DNA of 64,000 nt, from the NCBI GenBank assembly GCA_963704645.1, contig OY969926.1:1-64000 (forward strand), read 5' to 3'. The stretch's first letter is position 1. Each line of letters opens with the position of its first letter. Made by a program: the position numbers and the translations under genes. The notes beneath the pieces are model-generated. The model searched no databases and had not been told where the DNA came from. It worked only from the letters and a program-made list of their open reading frames with translations. The stretch comes from an uncultured bacterium (GTDB taxonomy: Bacteria > Patescibacteriota > JACMRA01). Of this stretch, positions 55,461 to 64,000 are shown piece by piece.

Positions 55461-57611
55461 TTAAAATATTAATTTCATTTTCATAGTAAATTCCTTGTAA
55501 CCTTCAATATCAAAAGATAGAAGCTGGTAAAGTTCTAGTTGTAAATTAATGGGCAAATATTTGGTATATTTGGTCAGATTATTTTTGGTGGTTTCTGATT
55601 CTAAAGTTTGTGTAACTATTTCATCAAAATTTATTTCAGTATTTTCAAAATTTTGCCAAAAGTTAAGGCTAGTTTGTCTGTTGGTCGTAAGTGTCAAAGA
55701 TACTGGAGTGCTTGGACTTGCAAGCTTAGCTTGACCTATAAATTCAGTAACTATTTGAACCGTTTGCTGGGTTTTACTCCCAGTAAATAAAAATAAATCT
55801 ACAGTTTTTGGTTTTTCAATAATAGGCCTTTGATTCTCAATATTTAAACTTCGAAATTGATAAAATTGATTTCTTAAATCTTGGAGTTCTACTTTACATT
55901 GGTCGTCTAAATAATAAAAGCTTTGTTGATTCAAAACTATTTCCAACATTTTTTCTCTAATTCTTTTGTGAATTTCTCTACCACCATTATCTAAAAATAT
56001 TGGGGGCTTGCCATCTCTTGCTTTTTCTACCAAAAACTTGCTTTTTTGCTCATCTAAATCAATAATTTTCCAAATTCTAGCTGATAAAAAAATATTTTCT
56101 CCGATAAAATCTCTAGCCCTTCCAAAAGCTGGTGGGTCTAGCTCACCAATAATATTGCCATTGTTAATAACCTGAAAACCTTTTTTAGCTTCAAATACAG
56201 CATAAAAATCTTTGCTAGTAACAAGGTATTGCGACTGAATACCTAAAATCAATTCTTTTCTTAAGTCTTCGATTAGTTCTAGTTTTATTAAGTGATCAAT
56301 AATTTTTTGAATTTCAGCTATGGTAATTTCTCTAAAAGCCCAGTTCAATGATAACTTATAAGTTAACTCATCTCTTTTAATTCCACTTGTTTGCTTGAGA
56401 ATGCTAAGTATTTGTTGGACTAAAATATCATATCTTTTCATTTCTTGATTTGGTTCTAAATAACCTTCTTGTAAAAGCTCATAACAGGCAATGTTCTCCA
56501 GTAATTGCCACTGATCTAAATTATAAACTGTAAGCTTACTTTTTTGCGTTTTACGGCCACTTCGACCCAACCTTTGGGATAGTGAACTTACTGAGAAAAT
56601 ACTGCCAACCTGAATCACTTTATCGATTGAACCGATGTCTATACCGAGCTCTAAAGTAGATGTACAAACAATAGAAAAATCTACTTTTTGATTCGTTTTG
56701 GCAAAGTTTTCTGTCCACTCTCGCATTTCTTTGTCTATAGATGAGTGGTGAGCAAAATATTGATGATAGCTTTTTTCTTTGCTTACTTTTTGTTTCAGCT
56801 TCACAGCAATTTCTTCCACTCTACTTCTGGAGTTTGGAAAAATTAATGTTTTGGAATTTAGATTTTCATTATACAAATCATCTATAATTAGTTGGCTTAG
56901 CTCTGCTGTTTCTTGCTTAAAAAATTTGAACTTTACTTCGATTTCATTTCTTTTTGAATCCTTTAAGACTTTAGTTTTTTCAGGATATCCAAAAAACTTT
57001 TTGGCTAAATTATAATCTCCTAGAGTGGCTGAAAGTCCAACAAAACGAATAGGTTTAGTATTTAATTCTTGCAAACGGTAAAGAAGGGATTGTAAGTGTA
57101 CACCTCTATCTGTTCCTAAAAAACTGTGAATTTCATCGATGACTACAAAATCTACTTCTGAAAAGACTTTTTTAATGTCTTGAGGTTTATTACAAAACAT
57201 AGCTTCGATAGATTCTGGAGTAATTAAAACAATACCTTCGGGGGATTTGATCAACTTTTTTTTCTCACTCTGACTAGCCTCGCCATGCCACTTAGTTACT
57301 TTTATATCCAAATATTTACATAATTCTTCCACTCTTTTAAATTGATCATTTATTAAAGCAATTAGAGGAGAAATATATAAAATTTTAACTCCTACACCGT
57401 GTTTGCAGCCATCTGGATAACAAAGTGATAAGATAGGTAGGAAAGCTGCTTCAGTCTTACCACTTGCCGTAGCCGCAGAAAGTATATAATTATCATGAGA
57501 TTGGATGATATGTTTTATACTAGCTTCTTGAATTGAACGTAATTCGCCCCAACCTGCATCCCAGATGTATTTTTGAATTGGAGCAGAGAGGAGGTTGAAG
57601 GATGTGGGCAT
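55461..57611 (-). CDS. sngC: Lhr-like DEAD/DEAH helicase, Shango SngC-like
   Basis: W..LRSIQE, ATASGKTEAAFLP, LINDQF.R, TPESIE, DEIH, SAT, TSTLELGIDIG, QRLGRSGR. Confidence 0.8.
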   Translation of the reverse strand: MPTSFNLLSAPIQKYIWDAGWGELRSIQEASIKHIIQSHDNYILSAATASGKTEAAFLPILSLCYPDGCKHGVGVKILYISPLIALINDQFKRVEELCKYLDIKVTKWHGEASQSEKKKLIKSPEGIVLITPESIEAMFCNKPQDIKKVFSEVDFVVIDEIHSFLGTDRGVHLQSLLYRLQELNTKPIRFVGLSATLGDYNLAKKFFGYPEKTKVLKDSKRNEIEVKFKFFKQETAELSQLIIDDLYNENLNSKTLIFPNSRSRVEEIAVKLKQKVSKEKSYHQYFAHHSSIDKEMREWTENFAKTNQKVDFSIVCTSTLELGIDIGSIDKVIQVGSIFSVSSLSQRLGRSGRKTQKSKLTVYNLDQWQLLENIACYELLQEGYLEPNQEMKRYDILVQQILSILKQTSGIKRDELTYKLSLNWAFREITIAEIQKIIDHLIKLELIEDLRKELILGIQSQYLVTSKDFYAVFEAKKGFQVINNGNIIGELDPPAFGRARDFIGENIFLSARIWKIIDLDEQKSKFLVEKARDGKPPIFLDNGGREIHKRIREKMLEIVLNQQSFYYLDDQCKVELQDLRNQFYQFRSLNIENQRPIIEKPKTVDLFLFTGSKTQQTVQIVTEFIGQAKLASPSTPVSLTLTTNRQTSLNFWQNFENTEINFDEIVTQTLESETTKNNLTKYTKYLPINLQLELYQLLSFDIEGYKEFTMKMKLIF

Positions 57612-57659
57612 TACATTTTAAGTCTTATTGAAAGTTCTACTTACGTTATTTATTATTGG

Positions 57660-58970
57660 TTAAATCAGTTCAATTTCATCGTTCTTTTCAATCTCACTTT
57701 GACTATTTCCACCATCTGTAGATTTTATAACATGAGTTTTATCAATCTGCGGGTTTTGCCTAAGAATACTTAAGATTTTAAGAAAGTCACGGATAACATC
57801 GCGAGGAGTCAAAAACTCTTTAGCACCTGGTCGGTTATAAACCTCTTCCATAAAATGTTTGATATCAGATTCATTAAAATCAATGTTAGTATTATAATGA
57901 AGGTCAAAAATTTCCTTCAGATTTTTGAGTAATACAAAAATTTCCTCATTAGATAGTGGATAAAGCTTGATTACAGGTTGAGAATAATCTCTAACCTCCA
58001 AAGTTTCAAATTGATTGCTTGCAAGTCTAGATTTCAAAGCGTCATAGCTAAATAAACCTCGTCTAGTATCTTCTAAAAATTCTTTTGTCCCACCAAAGTT
58101 TATCATTAAATTAGACACCCTGCCTTGCATGCAGTCATTGTATATATTTAGTATTTTCTCGTAGTTTTTATCTCTTGTTGCTGGATGTATTATTTTGTAA
58201 AGATTGATGGCTTCATCTAAGTTTATTACTAAGCCTGAATAGCCAATTTGAACCAAAAACTTTGTCCAATTTCTTAAAATTTGATAATAATTCTCATCAT
58301 CAATAATTTCTCGTACCCCTAAATCTTGTCTAGCTTCTGTTCTGGTTGTATATTCTCCTCTTAGCCATTTCAAAGACATCCGCATAAGTTCAATATTTCC
58401 AGTTACAAACCCTTCATAATATTTAGCGACTACTTCTCCAAATTCAAAAGATCCAACATCTGTAATTTGTTTTATAGTTTCAAGAATGTTGCGCTTAACA
58501 AGCGGCAAATTTTCTATATTTCTTAAATCGTACAGTTTGATATTATTTTCTACAGCTGTTTTTTCCATAACCTCAGTAATCCAAGTTTCTAGAATTGTAC
58601 CTAAAGCATTTCCCTCAGGATTGGTTTGAATAGAGAAAGAATCTATCAAATCAGAATAAACCCTAACTGCTTTACGGCTATTGTCATATAGTCTTTTTTC
58701 AGGTGAAAAATCAGTTGATGCTACTACGAAGTTCTTTTTGAGGGCAATTTGTTTAATTAAAGCCATCATGAAGCTTTTTCCGCTTCCAAAATCTCCAATC
58801 CAAAATTTAGTGCTACTGGAACCTTTTTCCACTTCCAAAATTGTTTCTAACACACTATTGCTTTCGTTACTTCTCCCAACTAAAATGTGCTGTAAACCTA
58901 TAGGTGGGACTACCCCACCTTGTAGTGAGTTAATAATTGCAGTGGCTTCTTTTGGTTTGATATTGGTCAT
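57660..58970 (-). CDS. sngB: DUF2791 (BrxD-like) P-loop ATPase, Shango SngB-like
   Basis: IINSL.GGVVP.IGL.HI.VGR, GDFGSGKSF, FSPEKRL, WLRGEY, LDEA.NLYK, RRGLFSY.AL.SRL. Confidence 0.82.
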   Translation of the reverse strand: MTNIKPKEATAIINSLQGGVVPPIGLQHILVGRSNESNSVLETILEVEKGSSSTKFWIGDFGSGKSFMMALIKQIALKKNFVVASTDFSPEKRLYDNSRKAVRVYSDLIDSFSIQTNPEGNALGTILETWITEVMEKTAVENNIKLYDLRNIENLPLVKRNILETIKQITDVGSFEFGEVVAKYYEGFVTGNIELMRMSLKWLRGEYTTRTEARQDLGVREIIDDENYYQILRNWTKFLVQIGYSGLVINLDEAINLYKIIHPATRDKNYEKILNIYNDCMQGRVSNLMINFGGTKEFLEDTRRGLFSYDALKSRLASNQFETLEVRDYSQPVIKLYPLSNEEIFVLLKNLKEIFDLHYNTNIDFNESDIKHFMEEVYNRPGAKEFLTPRDVIRDFLKILSILRQNPQIDKTHVIKSTDGGNSQSEIEKNDEIELI

Positions 58971-58986
58971 AAATTGATGAATGTTT

Positions 58987-61299
58987 CTAAATTAAGTTTA
59001 GATTGTAACTTGATATAAAATAAATCTGGTCATTTTGTTCAACTAAATTATCTTCATGGGTTTCATAAAACTTTTGGTTGATTTTTTGAATCAGATTATT
59101 CTTAAATTGTTTTTTAGCATTTGCAAAATCCGAGACTTGTGAATCGCTTAGCTGAAAATTGTTATTTCTAAATAAAGTTAAAAATTCAGTCTCAATATCA
59201 GTAAAATCTAATTTTGAATTTGAACCCCCAGCAAAAAAGTCTATAAGATTGCTGGTTGAATTTGAATTTTTACCTAGATTGATTTCTAAATCCTCTTCCT
59301 GTAAAAGCTGATTTAACTTAGTTGTCATTTCCAAATGAGTTTCATGAGCCTTTTGTGTTTCAGATGAATCTAATTTTAATTCTTTTCGTATTATTTTAAA
59401 AAGGTTTATTATGCTATCTCTTTTTTCATCATCGCTATGATTTAATGGATTTATGGTTTTGCAGATTATTTCGAATTGTTTTAATTTTTCTTCATCATCT
59501 TTAAAAATAGTTTGTATAACACTCAATGGTAACGTCTTAGGTTCTGGTAGATTAAAGTTTGATGAGCTTTTGAAAGTCAGTATCGCGTAATATTTATAAT
59601 AATACCATAGGCTATCAGCCTTACTTTTTGTTGAGAATTCTTTACATAGTTCTAAATAAATTAAGTAAAGACTAGGATTTTTAGAGTTTAGCTCCAAAAG
59701 TTCATCACATTTTGTTTTTAATTCAATAGATTCTAAATTGCTATCTAGTAAACTTTCTAGTTCATTTTTCCACTTTGTTTTATTTTTAATATTAAGGGCA
59801 ATTTGTGTTTCTTTAGAAGGGGTTGTTGGTTCATATCTAGAAATAAGCTCTTCAAACCCTTGCCTAATTTCCTTTCCAAGTTTTTCGGTTAAATAGACTT
59901 TTTTATATGCTACATCCTCCAGTCTAGAATGTTTATACACTTCTTTTATTTGATTCTGGCAAGTACTAAAGAGTGCCTGAAGAATTTTTGACATTGGTGA
60001 ATCATAATTTGTCTGATTATAACTGCCAGATTTATTCTTTTTTTGAGCCAAATTAAAAGTGTTTAAAACTGACTTTCTACCATATTCATTACACATATCT
60101 AAAATATAGGTTATACTTTTTAAATACAATTTAATTGTCTCATCCAAGCACTGGTCAATTTCAGTAAATATATTGTTATGAAAAGGAATTGCTTCAAGAT
60201 AAAACTTTTGTTCATTACTAAGCTCTAATCTTTTAAAAGCCAAGCCAAGAGTTTGATAAGTATTTAAATTTGAGTAAATTTGAGATTTAATATTTTCTGG
60301 CACTTCTGGCAATTTTGATAATCTAATTTTTAAATATTGCTTTAAATAATTAACAATAACTGAATCTACTTGATCTTTAAGAAGTGAAAATGAGTAGTTG
60401 CTATTATGATAGCTTCTTCCATAATAAAATTCTTCCACGCATACTTCACTCACAAAATACAGACTATAAAAAGTATTATCATAACTCATATAGCCGTAAC
60501 TCATTTTTTTTGATAGCTTTTCTAAAGTACTATTTTTTTGTGCAAGATAAATATCGGCTTGCTGACATAAATCTAAATAAAGTTTAATAGTTTGAAACTC
60601 TAAAAATTCTTTATCTTCAAATTGCCTTGAATACGATAAATCCAAGCTGTTTAAATAAAATATTTGATCTGAACTTAAATCTTTTAGTAATCTGATAGAC
60701 TTAAATTGAGTGTTAGTGATTTTAGCATTAAGTTTCGGACTTGCGTATTTTAATTCAAAAGATTGAGGATTTTTAGGTATTGGCGATGGTTTAAAATCGT
60801 CAACTTCAATAATTCCGTTGGTTATTTTTTGTTCTTTTAAAGGAATATTCGCTTGATACGATGACTTATTCTTATTAGAAAAGTACTCACTATCACCTTC
60901 AGTTATATTTTGCAAAAGGTAAGCTTTAGAGTGCACAATTAAAGTATAAAAAATTATTAGTAATGATAAAGAATACAAAGAAGAAAATATTACATAAATA
61001 CCCATTGGAATATTTAAGATAAGAGCTATATTGAAAATAAAGCTGCTGACCCCCAATATTAAGATGAATAAAAGTTTCTTACCACCCCTATCTTTAAGCT
61101 TATAAACAAATAACCCCACCATAGCTATAAAAGTTGAGAGTACCAATGGTAATAAAATCCCTAGCAATAACAAAGGTATAAATAGTAATACTGAAATTGT
61201 TACTAACAAAATCCACCTCCAACTAAAAAATAATGAATTTCTCCAGGTTTTATTTTCTAATAAATCTTTATTCAAAAACTGTATTATTTTACTTAGCAT
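58987..61299 (-). CDS. sngA: membrane-anchored TerB-C-domain protein, Shango SngA-like
   Basis: Four N-terminal TM helices, two internal helical repeats, C-terminal LKLD..H...L..LL and LIQKIN.KFYE..ED.LVE. Upstream of the ATPase and helicase. Confidence 0.65.
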   Translation of the reverse strand: MLSKIIQFLNKDLLENKTWRNSLFFSWRWILLVTISVLLFIPLLLLGILLPLVLSTFIAMVGLFVYKLKDRGGKKLLFILILGVSSFIFNIALILNIPMGIYVIFSSLYSLSLLIIFYTLIVHSKAYLLQNITEGDSEYFSNKNKSSYQANIPLKEQKITNGIIEVDDFKPSPIPKNPQSFELKYASPKLNAKITNTQFKSIRLLKDLSSDQIFYLNSLDLSYSRQFEDKEFLEFQTIKLYLDLCQQADIYLAQKNSTLEKLSKKMSYGYMSYDNTFYSLYFVSEVCVEEFYYGRSYHNSNYSFSLLKDQVDSVIVNYLKQYLKIRLSKLPEVPENIKSQIYSNLNTYQTLGLAFKRLELSNEQKFYLEAIPFHNNIFTEIDQCLDETIKLYLKSITYILDMCNEYGRKSVLNTFNLAQKKNKSGSYNQTNYDSPMSKILQALFSTCQNQIKEVYKHSRLEDVAYKKVYLTEKLGKEIRQGFEELISRYEPTTPSKETQIALNIKNKTKWKNELESLLDSNLESIELKTKCDELLELNSKNPSLYLIYLELCKEFSTKSKADSLWYYYKYYAILTFKSSSNFNLPEPKTLPLSVIQTIFKDDEEKLKQFEIICKTINPLNHSDDEKRDSIINLFKIIRKELKLDSSETQKAHETHLEMTTKLNQLLQEEDLEINLGKNSNSTSNLIDFFAGGSNSKLDFTDIETEFLTLFRNNNFQLSDSQVSDFANAKKQFKNNLIQKINQKFYETHEDNLVEQNDQIYFISSYNLNLI

Positions 61300-61310
61300 A
61301 GGGTATAAAT

Positions 61311-61571
61311 TTACTTATTTTCCAGGCTTACAATACTCTCAACCTCCTCTTTGGAAGGAAGACAGTTGGTAAACTCTGACGACATTTCAGAAAGCCTGTA
61401 TTCAGCAAAAGCCATTAGCTTATCTTTACCACCTATAGCATAATCTACTACCAGATAATTTTTATCTTTGCAGATTAAAAGCCCAATAGTTTCTTGATCT
61501 GTGTCGCTGTTAATTAAAGACATAATACGTTTACTTATTTTTATATTATCCTGTAGCTTTTTATTGAACAT
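61311..61571 (-). pseudogene. C-terminal fragment of a DUF1016/YhcG PD-(D/E)xK nuclease
   Basis: TIGLLICKDKN..VVDYA......AEY.L.....LPS.EE matches only the last ~60 aa of the family. Confidence 0.7.
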
Positions 61572-62579
61572 ATTAAAATCAATTTAAGTAGGGCTTGTCT
61601 AATTGCCATTATAAGTTAGGCCTAAAATCAGTAATAATACCCCTAAATAAAGCTTTGCCTTTCTGTAAATACTTTTGCTTTATAATCCAGAAAGAAGAGA
61701 AGAGCTAAAAGGCCCTTTTATTCGTCAAGTTAGTAGTAGCACAAGATTAATAAGCTAATATCTGAGGTGAGGGTGTAAACTAAAAATATTTTTTACCAAC
61801 TTATGTAGCCTAATTGAATTATCTTTCTGCAAAACCCTATCCTGACAAAAAATTAATTATGCTATTATTACGAATAATGGATTTTATAAATCTATAAATT
61901 ATATGTTTTTTGGGGTTTTGGGCTAACCCACCCCTTCGCCTAAAAAAAGGTAATAATGCATATTTCTACCTTCTAAACCCCTTTATTTATCAATTCATTG
62001 ATTTATATCAATATAATAGACTGATAGACTATAAATTAATTTATAGATTAATGGTAATAAATTTATATGATCTATGGAATTAAGACAGAGCCATGAAGGA
62101 AAATAGCCATATTGTTGTATGATTAAAGGTTTATTCGATTGGTTTATGAATACTGTTATGCCACTTTATGCCTCTACAAAGTGGTTTGTGGGCATGTAAA
62201 TAAATTTCTGTAATAAATAAGCTAATTGATGTTGATAAAAAATTAATTTTGTTTATTGTCATTAATCTTCATCAATTTACATTACAAACTACCAAAGCCC
62301 TTTTAAGGTTGAATCTATCTTCGGGTAATAGTGTTGTAAATCTGATTCCTTAATTTCTTACATAAATTTTTCTTCAGATATTAGAAAATGTTATAGGCAT
62401 GTAGATATTAAGTAGCTTTATTTATCAAGTAATTCGAGCACTTCTTATATAGAGCGATCATTACTCGCATGGATATTAATCCTATTAATTTATAGTACTA
62501 ACTAACCCATTTTTCCTTTTTGACCATTCAACTTTTATGTGCAAGGTTATGGGAAATAGATGAATTAAAATAACTAACT

Positions 62580-63677
62580 ATGGAACAATATAAACCTATA
62601 ATTATAAGTCAGCCAAAAAATGAGATTGATACTCAATTTGATAGATACAAGTTTTTGGCTAGACTTGATCGCAGAGGACATGCAACCCCAAAAGAACGTT
62701 TAGAACGTTTGAAGCTAAGAAGCGAGTTAAGTGCAAAATTAACTAATGGTGGTGACGATGTCGATAAGATTATTGCTACTGCTAGTAATCCAAGGCTTTT
62801 TTTTGGTGAAACTTATTCTGAAAAAAGTGCCAGATTCGGAGATGGAAATGCTTTTGCTGGGAAAGGTAAAAAAGAAGCTGCTTTTATTGAAACTATTGCA
62901 TCAAGTTTTGAGATTGAAAAAATTATTGAAGAATTAACAGACAATCTAGCCCCTTTTAGTGTTGCTACACTAGTTTGCGGAAGTGCTGCATACTCCTTAT
63001 ACTACAACACAAGGATGGATTCAGATATTGACATTGTAGTTGCATTAGACACGGTAGACTACAGAATGTTCGACCTGGATGTGTTCGCAACACGTAAAGA
63101 TGGACTTTTAGAAAATTTCCATAAAATAAATGATGGCGAAATAGAAGATTTTGTAACTCGCCCAATTTACAAAAATAAAGGAGTAGCCTTTCATTTTATT
63201 AAAGCCAAGAGCATTGAAAAAGTATGTAACACTAATTTTTTTGAGGAAACTGATTCTAAATTTACTATTTACAAGTACAATAAGAGTAGATTTTCGAAAC
63301 TTATTGATACTGGTAGATACAGTTTTGATGGTTCGCAACATGAATGGCCTTCTTACGAGTCAACCGCAGAAAATGGTTTCCAAATAGACACACCCTTATT
63401 CAAGATAGATGAATTGGGACGCTTTGTCAGTAGTTCAGTAATTGATCGTTTTATGGTTTCTAAATTGGGCAAGGGAGAGATTGGATGGCTAGGAGATCAA
63501 CTTTACAACTTGAAAAGCAATTTAGTGAAACGACAGGTTCATGAAGAAGTAAATGGCATAATTAATTCAGATGACAGCAAACTTAGTAATTTATTTTCAA
63601 GACATGAGTATTTTTCAGATGAGTATTTAAAATATTGGGAAGAGGAAGAACTCAGTCTTCGTAAAATCATCATTTAG
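62580..63677 (+). CDS. putative polymerase-beta-superfamily nucleotidyltransferase
   Basis: LVCGSAAY...DSDIDIVV (GS...DxD). Confidence 0.6.
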   Translation: MEQYKPIIISQPKNEIDTQFDRYKFLARLDRRGHATPKERLERLKLRSELSAKLTNGGDDVDKIIATASNPRLFFGETYSEKSARFGDGNAFAGKGKKEAAFIETIASSFEIEKIIEELTDNLAPFSVATLVCGSAAYSLYYNTRMDSDIDIVVALDTVDYRMFDLDVFATRKDGLLENFHKINDGEIEDFVTRPIYKNKGVAFHFIKAKSIEKVCNTNFFEETDSKFTIYKYNKSRFSKLIDTGRYSFDGSQHEWPSYESTAENGFQIDTPLFKIDELGRFVSSSVIDRFMVSKLGKGEIGWLGDQLYNLKSNLVKRQVHEEVNGIINSDDSKLSNLFSRHEYFSDEYLKYWEEEELSLRKIII

Positions 63678-63680
63678 TCT

Positions 63681-64000
63681 ATGGCTATAAATCAATTTGA
63701 TAACCTTATTCAAGATAGCGGAATGGTAAAAATGATGAAAGATTTAATTCACACTTTAAAATCGCCTACCTCGATTGTTAGTAATTTAAGTGTTGGTAAT
63801 CCAGCTTCATTATCTGAAGTAGATAATTTGTGGTTAAGATCATTGCAAAAGTTGATGGATGGAAATGAAATAATTAGTTTACTAACAAAGTATGGTTCGT
63901 CTCGTGGCTATTTACCATTGCTAGAATCAATTATTAAATTGTTTAATGATGAATATGGGACTAAGCTTACTATAGACAATATTGCTGTTGGTGCGGGCAG
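63681..64000 (+). CDS. PLP-dependent class I aminotransferase, valine--pyruvate transaminase (AvtA)-like; truncated by the window end and not in the ORF track
   Basis: Own translation MAINQFDNLIQDSGMVKMMKDLIHTL..NLSVGNP..L.EV..LW..KYGSSRGY.PL..YG..LT..NIAV resembles the AvtA N-terminus. Confidence 0.75.
   Translation, partial: MAINQFDNLIQDSGMVKMMKDLIHTLKSPTSIVSNLSVGNPASLSEVDNLWLRSLQKLMDGNEIISLLTKYGSSRGYLPLLESIIKLFNDEYGTKLTIDNIAVGAG

Larger units (their letters stand above)
52833..64000. mobile_element. putative integrated genomic/defence island (right end outside the window)
   Basis: att-like site, MerR-HTH gene, Shango-like operon, DUF1016 fragment, long AT-rich spacers and no housekeeping genes. 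Confidence 0.65.

Noticed and set aside
57660-58970. BREX system
   Set aside because: DUF2791 also occurs in BREX, but pglX, pglZ and brxC are absent and the flanking genes fit Shango.
61572-62579. Hidden gene or ncRNA in the 1-kb AT-rich spacer
   Set aside because: Only short ORFs without motifs and no stable structure were evident by eye.
1-64000. CRISPR array
   Set aside because: No run of identical 25-45 bp repeats with regular unique spacers. The repeat clusters at 13.7 and 14.9 kb are irregular and degenerate, and no cas genes are present.
1-64000. Alternative genetic code 25 (Gracilibacteria/Absconditabacteria)
   Set aside because: Conserved genes are full length under code 11, and TGA closes ORFs (for example 6429, 21665, 24968).

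Overview
AT-rich bacterial chromosome segment using genetic code 11 (TGA closes ORFs). The gene set suggests a Patescibacteria/CPR genome, which is an inference: scattered aminoacyl-tRNA synthetases, archaeal-type AspRS, short ProRS, ComEC/ComM, a sortase plus an LPxTG protein, almost no biosynthesis genes and many apparently leaderless genes. Positions 1-52.8 kb are mostly core or host genes: aspS, pheS, serS, lysS, proS, miaA, secA, rnhA, rplA with its L1 leader, msrA, uppP, umuDC, comEC, comM and ABC transporters. This part also holds a complete IS1016-like IS1595 element with an 8-bp target duplication, a Phd/PIN toxin-antitoxin pair, and two families of short palindromic repeats, one of which has copies translated inside protein genes. 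There is also a tandem array of promoter-ORF-terminator cassettes whose regulatory DNA is conserved while the ORFs have diverged. From about 52,833 to the window end lies a probable integrated element, starting at a tRNA-Ala/tmRNA-like 3' end remnant. It carries a MerR-HTH gene, a DUF5677-like gene, a Shango-like trio (TerB-C protein, DUF2791 ATPase, Lhr-like helicase), a DUF1016 fragment, and a nucleotidyltransferase plus AvtA-like aminotransferase operon that is cut by the window end. No CRISPR array, rRNA or intact tRNA was seen. All family calls come from motif recognition by eye, not database searches.
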